Part shown: piece after piece, positions 1 through 10,800 of the stretch
How positions within the stretch are numbered: position 1 is the stretch's first letter
How the letters are laid out: each line of letters starts with the position of its first letter
Assembly: GCA_948470025.1 (NCBI GenBank)
Contig: CAOKNG010000004.1
Coordinates: forward strand, 1 to 62,863
From: an uncultured Clostridium sp.
GTDB lineage: Bacteria > Bacillota > Clostridia > TANB77 > CAG-508
Direction of reading: 5' to 3'
DNA: 62,863 bases
The notes under the pieces: model-generated
Told to the model about the DNA's origin: nothing
What the model saw: only the letters and a program-made list of their open reading frames with translations
Databases searched by the model: none
Program-made: the position numbers and the translations under genes

Positions 1-38
1 CTTAAATTTTGTAGTTCAACTTGATTTAAATCTGCCAT
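1..38 (-). CDS. 5' end (12 codons, MADLNQVELQNL) of an unidentified gene running off the left edge
   Basis: ATG at 36-38 on the minus strand, preceded by a GGAAGGA ribosome-binding site. Too short to identify. Confidence 0.3.
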   Translation of the reverse strand, partial: MADLNQVELQNL

Positions 39-278
39 GAAAATCCTTCCTTTCTTATTTGATTCTCCTATTAGTTTGTACAGATTTTCAAAAAATTATT
101 CAATTTTGAATCTAATTTTAATTTTTCGCTCTTTACATAACATTGGCAAGTGCCTTAAAATAGTCTATAATTAAATTAATGATTTGCATTTACCCTTTAT
201 GTTGCTTATTATTAACTGGAGGGTAGCACCTCCAGCATTTGGAGGTAATCACATGAAAAAACTTTTCGTAACCTTGTT

Positions 279-2646
279 TCATATGATTTCTAATCCGGCA
301 AATTTTGCCATGAGACGTTTATGTCCTGCTTTGTCGAAGGTGATGTCTACTTTTAGGTCGTTTCCTTCCTTTTCGACATAATTGATGGTGCCTTCTCCAA
401 ATTTTTTGTGGTATACTCGGATTCCTGCTTTGTATTTTGATAAGTCTAGTGTTTCTTCTTTTGGTTTTGTTAGTGAATTTAGGAAGCTTTCGGCACTTCT
501 AAATTGATAGGTGTTTGTTTTGTTTATTTGATTGTTTACTTGTCCTGCTTTTTCAGAGTTCATTTGGTAAGAAGTAACATGTTTATTGGTTTTTCCATAT
601 CCCCATGAATATGAGGAGTCTTCGAAGTTGTCTTGCTTTTTTGTGGTTATTTCTTGTAGTCCTTCTACTTTGTCTTCTGGAATTTCTTCTAAAAACCTTG
701 AAATGGAATTGTAACTAGTGGAACCAAATATGGTTCTATGTTTGGCACAAGTAAAAAATAGGTTTTCTTTGGCTCTTGTAATTCCTACATAGCAAAGTCG
801 TCTCTCTTCTTCTAATTCTTTTGGTTCTCCTATGGATTGTCTTCCTGGGAAAATTCCTTCTTCCATTCCTACTAAAAATACTGCTGGGAATTCTAGCCCC
901 TTAGCACTGTGTAAGGTCATTAAGGTAACACTGTCTTGTTCTTCTTCTAAGTTGTCAATATCGCTTGATAATGTAATGCTTTCTAAAAATTCTGCTAGCG
1001 TATTTTCTGCTGCTTGTTCTTCAAATTCAATGGCAACGGTTAGGAATTCTTCTAGGTTGGCAATACGGTTTTCGGCTTCAATGGTGTTTTCTAATTCTAG
1101 TGCTTTGGTATATCCTGTTTTGTTTAAGGTTTCTTTTATGAACTCGGAAATGGATAATTCTTTTTGCATTTGCCTTAATTCTTCGGTAATGGATATAAAG
1201 TCTCTGGAATTAGCATATACTCGGTTTAATCCATAGGTATCTGCTTGTTTAATTACTTCATACATGGATATTCCTTGGGTTTGGGCTATTTTTTGTACTT
1301 GTTCTAAGCTGGTTTTTCCAATACCGCGTTTTGGTTCATTGATAATACGTGTTAGGCTTAGGTTATCATTGGTGTTATGTAAAAATCTTAAATAGGCGAT
1401 GGTGTCTTTTATTTCCTTTCTTTCGTAGAATTTTAGTCCACCAATAATTTTATATGGTATATCTTCTCTTACTAAGATTTCTTCAATGGCACGGGATTGT
1501 GTGTTCATTCGGTAAAGAACAGCAATATCGGAATAGTGGTAATATTCTTGTGTTTTTAAGTGATTGATTTGTTCTACAATATAACGTGCTTCATCGTATT
1601 CATCTTCTGCTTGATAGGCTTTTGGAATATTTCCGTCTTCATTTTGGGTCCATAGTTTTTTATCATATTTTACTTCATTGTTTTTAATAACAGAATTTGC
1701 TGCATTTAATATGTTTTTAGTACAACGATAGTTTTGTTCTAATTTGATAATTTTGGTTCCTGGAAAGTCTCTTTCAAAGTTTAGAATGTTTGAAATGTCG
1801 GCTCCTCGAAAACTATAGATTCCTTGGTCATTATCACCGAACGACTGTAATATTGCCATACCTTGAGGCAAATAAGGATACTAACATAAATTGGGCTTTG
1901 TTGGTATCTTGGTACTCGTCTACTAATACATATTTGAATTTTTCTGAATAGTATTGTAAAACGTCTGGATTTTCGGTTAGGATTTTTATTGTAAAGTTAA
2001 TGATGTCATCAAAATCAAGAGCATTGTTTTGTTTTAGGCGTTTTTGGTATAGGGTATATACTGTCGCTATTTTTTCTTTTCGGAAGTCTCCATTTGCTCT
2101 TGCTGTGTAACTTTCTGGTTCTATCATTTCATTTTTGGCATTACTAATTTCGTAGGCAATGACACGGTCTGTAAACATTTTGTCATCAATTTCTAATTCT
2201 TTTAGACAGTTTTTTATCATTGTTTTTTGGTCGCCTGTATCGAAAATGACAAAAGAAGATTCAAATCCAATTCGGTCGATGTATCTTCTTAGAATTCTTA
2301 CACAAATGGAATGGAAAGTTCCCATCCATATGTCTTTTGCTTCTTCTCCCACTAAGGCTTCTACTCTTTCTTTCATTTCATTTGCTGCTTTATTGGTAAA
2401 AGTAATGGCTAAAATATTCCATGGCTTTACCTTTTTTTCTTGTACCAAATAGGCAATTTTATGGGTTAACACTTTGGTTTTCCCACTTCCTGCTCCTGCA
2501 ATTACTAAGCTTGGCCCTTCAAAATTAGTAACTGCTTCATATTGTTTATCATTTAATCCTTCTAATATTTCCATGTTTTCTCCTTTTGTTTTCCAAATTT
2601 TTGTTTGTGTTTTGTTTATTATATCCGATAAATTTAAAAAAATCAA
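279..2646 (-). CDS. pcrA: ATP-dependent DNA helicase, PcrA/UvrD family; reading frame steps +1 at in-frame CGG 1837-1839
   Basis: Overlapping ORFs 1834-2646 and 279-1871. Walker A AGAGSGKT and DEYQD are present. Helicase motif III is rebuilt across the junction (NITVV-GDNDQGIYSFRGAD). Confidence 0.9.
1837..1839 (-). other. in-frame CGG at ORF junction (GTT C GGT) in pcrA
   Basis: Upstream frame reads GTT CGG TGA. Skipping the C enters the downstream ORF frame at GGT. Confidence 0.85.
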
Positions 2647-2723
2647 TCATTTTTTGATTTTTTTAATTTATCAATCATACCAAAAAAGAGTAGCCTAATA
2701 TGCTACCCTTGCATTTTAACACT

Positions 2724-3435
2724 TTATTCATAAAAATAGGATATGATACCTGTATAGATGCCCCATGCTAGCTTATCTTGGTATTCTTCGCTCATCAATT
2801 TTTTTTCTTCCTCTTCATTTGATAAAAATCCACATTCTACAATGCTTGTTGGAATTTCTACATTTTTTATGATATAGACATTGTCTATTTTTAACGGTAC
2901 TCTTTTATTTTCTTTTTCGATGGCTTCATTTAAGGAATTTTGAATACTAGTAGCAAGTTTTTTTCCTTGTTCGTTTCCATCTTTGTAAAAGGTTTGCCAG
3001 CCATCATATTGTTCTTGTGGAATCTTGTTTAAGTGGATACTAACAAAGATGTCTGCACTTGATTCGTTTCCAATTTTTACTCGATTTTTGATGTCTGACG
3101 ATTTTTTTTGCTTTAAGGTTTTAGAATCTACATCATATATCGCATTGTCATCTGACCTAGTAAGAATAACATTGCATCCGCTTTGTTCTAATAATTTTTG
3201 CACTTTTAGTGTAATTGCTAAATTGGTTTTTGCTTCTGTAGTACCATTTTTTGACTGGGCTCCCTCATCTTCTCCGCCCATGACCAGCATCTAATATTAC
3301 GGTTTTTCCGCTCACTGGCAAACTTACGGTTTCTACGGTTTTATACATATAATTTGACCCAAATAGAAAGCTAAAGATGGAAAGAAATATCGCTCCTAAA
3401 ATGAGTAACATTCGTTTTCTTTGTAATAAAATCAT
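2724..3435 (-). CDS. cwlD: N-acetylmuramoyl-L-alanine amidase, CwlD-like (germination-specific type); +1 step at CGG 3274-3276
   Basis: N-terminal signal-anchor ORF from ATG 3435 ends ...ILDAGHGRRR*. Skipping the C gives DAGHGGEDEGAQS, the Amidase_3 signature, which continues into ORF 2724-3290. Confidence 0.8.
3274..3276 (-). other. in-frame CGG at ORF junction (GGG C GGA) in cwlD
   Basis: Upstream frame reads CAT GGG CGG AGA AGA TGA. The +1 frame reads GGA GAA GAT GAG. Confidence 0.85.
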
Positions 3436-3535
3436 GTCTTTCTCCTTATCTTCTTTTTGCTATATTATATGTTTCTATTTCTATTTTTATAACCACTTTA
3501 ATTGTAGAGGCATCTATTAGATACCTCTTGTATTA

Positions 3536-4471
3536 TTATTTCCTAATTTCATTTCTACGGTCAATTACATAGCTACTACCTACTATGGTTTTAGCTAGGT
3601 GTTTTACTTGTGCTCCTACTTCTCCAATTTCTAATGCATTACGGAACCTATTTCCCTCTACCTCTACAACACCAATGGAAATGGAGGTTAATGGGAATTG
3701 TTCAATAATTCCTCTTCTGTTTGCTACTTCTACATAGCCTCTGTTCGCATCTTCTTTTGTAAAATAACCAATTACGTTTTCATCAAATTCCTGAATAATG
3801 TTTTTACAAATTTGTTCATAGTCTGTATTTGAAACTAATGCAATAAAGTCATCTCCACCGATATGCCCTACAAAACTACTTTCTGAATCACTATTGTGGA
3901 TGTTTTTACTAATGGTTCTTGCTGTAAATTTAATAATCTCGTCTCCTTTACTAAAACCATATAAATCATTATAAGATTTGAAATTGTCTAAATCTACATA
4001 AATAACAGCAAAGTTTTCTTTTTTTAATAAACGTTTTTTGATTTCTGTTTGAATTTGTACATTTCCTGGAAGTCCTGTTAATGGACTTACTCGTCTATTC
4101 ATGTACATAAGTCTTACCAAATTTTTAATGGTATAATACATATAATCTTGATCAACTGGTTTTACAATATAATACGCTACATTTTGTTTTAAAATTGAAA
4201 TACGATGTTCTTTTTCCCATGTATTGCCTATTACAATAATCGGTGTAATACTATTGTCCTCATCTTCTCGAATTTGATGACACAATTCTAAAATGTCTTT
4301 TTTTGTTCCCTCTTCATGAATCATAATAAGAGAAGGAATGTTTTTTAGTGCAATATCAATATCTTGTGTTTTGACATTTTTAAATTTATATTCTTTTTCA
4401 TTTTCAAACATTTTTTCCATATTTTTTGTTAGTTCTTCACTATCGTCAATAATATAAATTTCTTGTACCAT
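3536..4471 (-). CDS. Response-regulator receiver domain fused to a GGDEF-type domain (motif reads GGDDF)
   Basis: 311 aa. N-terminal REC-like region, C-terminal GLPGN...YVDLDNFKSYND...HIGGDDFIALV. Confidence 0.75.
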   Translation of the reverse strand: MVQEIYIIDDSEELTKNMEKMFENEKEYKFKNVKTQDIDIALKNIPSLIMIHEEGTKKDILELCHQIREDEDNSITPIIVIGNTWEKEHRISILKQNVAYYIVKPVDQDYMYYTIKNLVRLMYMNRRVSPLTGLPGNVQIQTEIKKRLLKKENFAVIYVDLDNFKSYNDLYGFSKGDEIIKFTARTISKNIHNSDSESSFVGHIGGDDFIALVSNTDYEQICKNIIQEFDENVIGYFTKEDANRGYVEVANRRGIIEQFPLTSISIGVVEVEGNRFRNALEIGEVGAQVKHLAKTIVGSSYVIDRRNEIRK

Positions 4472-4482
4472 ATGTTTCTCCT

Positions 4483-5259
4483 TTAATCTTTCCCTTTTCG
4501 AATACTTTCTTTTTTCTCTTTTAAAAATTCGTTTATTTTTTCAATGGTATCCGATTTAATGGTTGGGAATGCTTTTTTCAAATGATTGGTTTGACGTATT
4601 AATTTTCGTTTTAATACGGTTTGTTTGTATTTTAATTCTTCAATAACGGCTAGAAGATGTTCTTTGTTTACTTGTTTTGTTTCAAGTTCTTCTATCTTTT
4701 CTTTGATATTTTCACCAATTTCTTTTATTTTTTCTAGTTTTCCTTTAATGTTGCTTACTTTTACGACACTGACAATGGTATCTACAAAAATGGCGATACT
4801 AACCATGATGACATTAAACATTAATATTTTGTCTGGAATCAGGTCAATTTTCTGTGCTAAAAAAGGATGTACGTATCGAATAAAAATCACTCCTAAAAAT
4901 CCCCAAAATAGGGAATTTAATAGGCAAACTCTTCCTTTTATATTAAATTTATTTTCGGTATAATCCCAGTATTTTGTATGGAATATTTTTTCTAATAACC
5001 AGCCTACCATATATTCCCATAAGGACATCGTAAAAAATGCAATGATAAATAGTAAGATTACATTTCTTTTATACCCTTGTAAAAATAGTAGCATAAAGAT
5101 GGCACCAAATCCATAGATTGGACAAAATGGTCCATATAAAAAACCACTATTCACCGGCTTTTTTTGTAAATATGTTTTTAATACCGATTCCATAACCCAG
5201 CCAAAAAATGAATAGATCATGAAATATGCCATCATTTTGATGATGATTATATTATCCAT
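4483..5259 (-). CDS. Polytopic membrane protein of the 'putative ABC-transporter type IV' (DUF1113-like) family with a C-terminal coiled coil
   Basis: GFLYGPFCPIYGFGA motif and several TM helices. Paralogue at 50318-51043. Confidence 0.5.
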   Translation of the reverse strand: MDNIIIIKMMAYFMIYSFFGWVMESVLKTYLQKKPVNSGFLYGPFCPIYGFGAIFMLLFLQGYKRNVILLFIIAFFTMSLWEYMVGWLLEKIFHTKYWDYTENKFNIKGRVCLLNSLFWGFLGVIFIRYVHPFLAQKIDLIPDKILMFNVIMVSIAIFVDTIVSVVKVSNIKGKLEKIKEIGENIKEKIEELETKQVNKEHLLAVIEELKYKQTVLKRKLIRQTNHLKKAFPTIKSDTIEKINEFLKEKKESIRKGKD

Positions 5260-5322
5260 ATTGTTTCATTCCTTTTTAACGCATAATAGAGAAGGTAAGG
5301 AGTTACCTTCTCTTTTTTGGTT

Positions 5323-6264
5323 CTATTCTTCTACAATGCACTTACCGTTTACTTCTGTAATGCCACCTTCCATGTTTTCTGCTGATAATTCAATTCGGTT
5401 TTCTCCTGGAATTAAATCGATGGCATGGTCAATTACTTTTACAACTCCCATATTCATTTGGTATTTTTGACCATTTAATACAAAGTTAACAACTTTTATT
5501 TGTTGTTCGTCTTCTACGTGGATGATTAATCTGTTTCCATCTTGTCTTAATGAAACGGTTGGTCTTTTTACTCCTTTTACCTCAAGTTCCTTTGTGGTAA
5601 TCATGTTATCAATATTAACAGCTTCTACTCGTAATGTATTTTGTCCTAATGGAATTTCTACTAATTCATCAATTAGTTTTAAGTCTTCTATATTGGCTTC
5701 TATTGTTACATAATTTCCACTATTCCATGTATAGCGAATATATTTTAATCCTATCATGTCTTGTACTTTAATTCGTATTTTATTTTCTTTGGTTAATAAT
5801 AATTCGATTACTGGTCTACCATCACCATTAGAAGTATATTCTTTTTCATAGCTTGTCTCTTTTCCTTCTTGGTCAGTAATGGTTATATATAATTTGTTAT
5901 TACCAAATGGCATACTGATTATATCTGAAACGGTTAAACCATTATGGGTTTCTATTGTTTGTATATCTTCTTCATTCCAATGATAGGTAACACTGGTGAT
6001 TGGTTTTGTATGGTTAATGTGAATGGCAAGATTCTCTTTTTCTTTTGTTATGGTTACATCTGGAACAGATGCTTGTACTCCTTGTTTTGTTTCTTCTTTT
6101 GTTCCGGTAAACATAGCATATGAACCTCCCACAATTAGTATGGCTCCAAATAAAATCATAACGACTGCAAAAAATCTTACAATTTTTTTAATTTCAATTG
6201 GACCTTTTGGTTTGTTTTCTGTTTGTAATATTTGATTCATATGGTTTGACACCTCTTCTTTCAA
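5323..6264 (-). CDS. Membrane-anchored hypothetical protein (N-terminal TM helix, beta-rich ectodomain)
   Basis: 313-aa ORF with one N-terminal hydrophobic helix. No recognisable motif. Confidence 0.5.
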   Translation of the reverse strand: MKEEVSNHMNQILQTENKPKGPIEIKKIVRFFAVVMILFGAILIVGGSYAMFTGTKEETKQGVQASVPDVTITKEKENLAIHINHTKPITSVTYHWNEEDIQTIETHNGLTVSDIISMPFGNNKLYITITDQEGKETSYEKEYTSNGDGRPVIELLLTKENKIRIKVQDMIGLKYIRYTWNSGNYVTIEANIEDLKLIDELVEIPLGQNTLRVEAVNIDNMITTKELEVKGVKRPTVSLRQDGNRLIIHVEDEQQIKVVNFVLNGQKYQMNMGVVKVIDHAIDLIPGENRIELSAENMEGGITEVNGKCIVEE

Positions 6265-6393
6265 AAAAGATTATACCATAAGCCTTTCGGCTTGTAAATA
6301 TTTTGTGAAAGGATTTTGTCTTTTCTTTTACTTGACTATGAAAATAATCTATGATACAGTAGGAAACACAATATGAGATGATTAGGGGGTTGT

Positions 6394-7755
6394 ATGGAAA
6401 AGCTAACAAAATTGTTCTGGTTTGTGTGCTTGTTTGTGGTTGGTGTGATGATTAGTATTGTTACCTTGGAAAATGGATTATTGTTGTCTGTTTTATCGTT
6501 TTTATTGGTATTTTTGTTTACGAAAAAAGTGGAAATTAAGAATTTTTCCGTTTTTTTATTTTTGTTTTCTTTGATTACTCGTATTATTGCAGTCTTATTA
6601 GTAGAAATTCCAATTCAGTCAGATTATTATATTATGTATGATGCTGCAATTAGTGCTATTAATGGGGATTTCTCTTTTGGAAAATCGTTTTATTTTTCAA
6701 ATTGGGGGTATCAATTAGGGCATGTGTTTTATCAAGCTTTTATGTTAAAGATTTTTAATAATGTGCTGTTTTTGAAGATTTTGAATTGTGTGTATTCTTC
6801 TGTGATTGTTTTGTTTGTATACTTGTTGTTAAAGAAGATGGTAAGTGAAAATTCATCTCGTGTTATGAGCTTGATTTATAGTATTTCGTTATACCCTATT
6901 TACTTAAATATGACGTTAAGTAATCAACAATTGTCGTTAATGCTTATTTTGATTGGAATTTATTTCTTGTTTTGTAAAAAATATAAGTTTATACATTTGA
7001 TGATTGCCGGTCTTTTGATTGGGCTTGGAAATATAGAACGTCCTGAGGGAATTGTGTATTTGCTAACGATTTTTATTTATTATGTGTTTACTTTAAAAAA
7101 TGTAAAATTGACTTTGAAAAATACTGCTATTGTTGTCATTTCTTCATTACTGATTACCAACTTGGCTTCTTTTGCCTTAGTAAAATCTGGAGTCAGTGAG
7201 ATTGGATTAAAAAATACAAATTCTTATTGGAAGTTTTTGCTTGGTTTTAATTATGAATATAACGGAAAAAACAATGCAGAGGACGATCAATACGGAGACT
7301 CTCTTGAAAAGGAAAAGGAAGTTTTAGTTGAAAGAATTACAGATGTTAAAAGAATTCCTAGATTGTTTTATAATAAAATTCGAATCCAATGGCTATACAG
7401 TGATTTGGAATTTAGTTTTCCTACAAATAATATCTCTCAATTTTTAAATAAAATCATGCAGATTGCAATGAATTATATTAAGGTAATTAATTCATTGGTT
7501 ATTGTACTAGCATTTATTGGAATTTTCGCACAAACACGACAAAAAAATAGAATTACAAATGATTCCACAAACAGTCCACAACATTATATCGATTTGTTTT
7601 TTATGATTAATTTGCTAATTTATTTTGGAGTATATTTGCTAATTGAAGTAAATGCAAGGTATTATTATAATCCACAGATTGCGGTAATTATATTAGGTGG
7701 TATTGGGTTGGAATATGTTGTAAATTGGATTGAGAAACATTGTAGGGGTGTCTAG
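6394..7755 (+). CDS. Polytopic membrane protein, GT-C-fold glycosyltransferase-like (family assignment tentative)
   Basis: 453 aa with about 10 hydrophobic segments. The last 5 codons and the stop lie inside the GC-rich repeat at 7741. Confidence 0.4.
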   Translation: MEKLTKLFWFVCLFVVGVMISIVTLENGLLLSVLSFLLVFLFTKKVEIKNFSVFLFLFSLITRIIAVLLVEIPIQSDYYIMYDAAISAINGDFSFGKSFYFSNWGYQLGHVFYQAFMLKIFNNVLFLKILNCVYSSVIVLFVYLLLKKMVSENSSRVMSLIYSISLYPIYLNMTLSNQQLSLMLILIGIYFLFCKKYKFIHLMIAGLLIGLGNIERPEGIVYLLTIFIYYVFTLKNVKLTLKNTAIVVISSLLITNLASFALVKSGVSEIGLKNTNSYWKFLLGFNYEYNGKNNAEDDQYGDSLEKEKEVLVERITDVKRIPRLFYNKIRIQWLYSDLEFSFPTNNISQFLNKIMQIAMNYIKVINSLVIVLAFIGIFAQTRQKNRITNDSTNSPQHYIDLFFMINLLIYFGVYLLIEVNARYYYNPQIAVIILGGIGLEYVVNWIEKHCRGV

Positions 7756-7845
7756 TAGACGCCCGCTCTTCAAGGAATTGGATAAATATGTAATTATTTT
7801 AGGATAAGCCTTTGTAGTGACGAGCGACTACTAGTCGCCCCTACA
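7741..7845. repeat. MITE/BIME-like element with TGTAGGGG...CCCCTACA termini, each terminus containing a GC-rich hairpin
   Basis: Left tgtaggggtgtctagtagacgccc versus reverse complement of right tgtaggggcgactagtagtcgc; AT-rich centre. Confidence 0.6.
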
Positions 7846-7885
7846 GCACAAATAGAGAATAGCGCATGCTATTCTCTATTTATTT

Positions 7886-10800
7886 TTATAATACAAATTT
7901 TTTGATTAGGACAATTCCGCCTGCTAGTGTTACTAGGATGATTCCTGTTAGTGTAAAGTAGATGCTTGCTTCTCCTGTTTTGATGGCTAGTAGTACTGGG
8001 GCTTGGTCGATGTCGTCTTCTCCTGGTTTTTTGTTGTTTGGTGTTGAATCGATATCTGGTGTGTCTTCATATTCATTGTAGTCTTTGCTAATTTCTGCCC
8101 AGTTTACTTTTAAACCTAGATTATCTCCGCTATTTTCCCATGTTAGTACAATTTCAACAGTGGTACTTTCTCCTGGTTTTAATAATATGTCTTTGCATTG
8201 GTCGGTTACGACTTCTTTTTCACTAAGTTGTGTCCATTTTGGGTTATCATCAGCATTAAATCTTAATCCATCTGGAATATAGTCTTTGATTTCTTTTACG
8301 TATCCTTCAATTTCACCTTCATTGGTTACTTTTATTTTGTAACGGAATTTAACAGTTACTTGGTTTATTTTCTTTGCTTGTAAGTCTACTTTTACTACTG
8401 GTTCTGGGTTTTCATCTCCTGTGTGTCCTGTTTCGGTAATCACTTCATCTTTTCCAGCTTCTTTTACAATTGCTTGGCTTACCCATTTTTTAAGTGCTAA
8501 ATCAAAGTATTTTACTCTTACTTTTTCAATATCGATGTCGTCTTCGTCTGGGTCTTCGTTTCCTGGTGTTGAGTCTACATCATCGACTGGATCTCCTTCT
8601 TCGTCTGTGTCTTCTGAGATTTCTGCTGTGTTAATTAGAATTCGGTCTGATGTATTTGGTTCTGTTACTTTGAAAGCAATTTTTACATCTCTATGGTCTG
8701 GGTTGGTGTCGCTTAATTCTGCTTTTTTGTTAAATCCTTTTAGTAAATTTGCTCCTGCTTCTTTTTCTTGTTCTTTGGATAGATAATCGGTTGTGATTTT
8801 TTCGGCTTCTTCTACTTTGTCAGTTTCATTTCCATCTTTATCGATCATTTTCCAACGGTATTCTATGTTTGTTTCGTTTTCTGGTAAGAATACAAGTCCT
8901 TCTGGTAAGTCGTCTGTTACTTCGCTTGCATATCCTGCCATGGTTCCTTCGTTATAAATTCTAATGGTATAGGTTACGATGTTTCCATTGGCTACTAGTA
9001 CTGGCTCTTTGGTGTGGTCGTATTTAATGTTTCCATCTTCACCCATGCTTAAATTTGGATAACGGTTGTTGTAGTCTACAGTATTTACTTTGGTAATGAA
9101 TTTTCTTAGTGCTAAATCGAAGTATTCAATAACAACACTGTCAAAATCATCATCATCTTCTTGTCCTGGGATGTATTTATCTCCTTTGTCAATTTCCTCT
9201 TGTTTATAGTTTGGTAAGTTTTCATCTTCTGGTAGTTTTACATTATCTTCGCTAGAGTCTACGTCTTTTACTTCGTGTCCATCTGCATCAGTAAATTTTG
9301 TAATTTCTGCAATGTTTACTACTCTATCGCTATATTTTGGATCATTTGTTACTACTTTACAGTTTACACTAATTTCTTTATATGATAATGTCGTTCCATC
9401 AAATGCTTTTATTAAGTTGTTTTCGCTTCTTTCTTTTGATAGGTAATCGGTTTTGATGGTTCTATGAGTTTCATCGCTTTCATCATATACCCATCCTTTT
9501 GCAATATTTTCTTCATCCTCTGGTAAGAATTCTAATTGCGCTGGTAAGTGGTCTGTAATTTCACTTGCATATCCATCTTTTGGTCCTTCATTATATACTC
9601 TTATGGTATAGGTTACAATGTCTCCTACTCGTACGGTAAGTGGTGCTTTTGGATGGTTGTAGGTTGCGGTTGTTGTGGTTCCTGCTTGCAATCCTGAAAT
9701 GTCTACTATTGGTTCACGGCTAACATCTGGCACTTTTCCATTAACTGCTGTAATGAATTTTCTTAAAGATAAGTCGAAGTAGATAATTCTTACATTATCA
9801 AAATCATCATCGTCTTGTTGTCCTGGAATATATTCGTCCCCTCTGTTTATTTCATCTAATTTGTAGTTTGGTAGAGTATCATCTGGTGGTAACACTACAT
9901 TTCCACCTTGTGAATCACGATCTGTTACTGGATTTCCGTATTTATCACTAAACTTGGTAATATCAGCAATGTTCACAATTCTCTTTTCAAAGGTAGGTGG
10001 TGCAATGACTTTACATTTTACTTTTACTTCTTTGTAATCTAATGTATTTCCATTAAATGCTTTTATGATATTGTCGCTATCTACATCTCTTGATAGATGT
10101 GATGTTTTGATGGTTCTTAATGAAGTATCACTTTCATCATAGTACCATCCATTGGCAATGTTTTCTTCATCATCTGGTAAGAATTCTAATTGTGCTGGTA
10201 AGTGATCTGTAATTTCGTTTACATATCCATCTTTTTGTCCTTCATTATATACTCTTATCGTATAGGTTACAATGTCTCCTACTTCCACTGATAGTGGTGC
10301 TTTTGGGTGATTGTATATAGCAGTCGTTGAGGTTCCTGCCTTTAGACCTGTTATATCAACAACTGGTTCACGGCTTGTTTTTGGTGCTTCTCCATTGACT
10401 GCACTTATGAATTTTCTTAAAGATAAGTCGAATGGTTTTACTTTAATATAAACACTATCAAAATCGTCATCGTCTTGTTGTCCTGGAATATATGGGTCTT
10501 TACGATTGATTTCTGTTTGTTTATATCCTGGTAATGTACTGTCTGTTGGTAATTGTACGTTGTTTTTTTGTGAATCGCGATCTGTAATAGGATTTCCGTT
10601 TTTATCGGTAAATTCTGTAATATCTGCAATATTAACGATTCGTTTTCCTTCTTGTGTAGTTTCTTTTAATTTACATCTTACTTTAATGTCTTTGTAGTTT
10701 AAGGTGTCTCCACCATCATATGCTAAAATTAAATTGTTTTCGCCATTTGCTTTTGATAAATAGTTTGTTTTGATGGTTCGGTTACTTGGATCGCTTGAAT

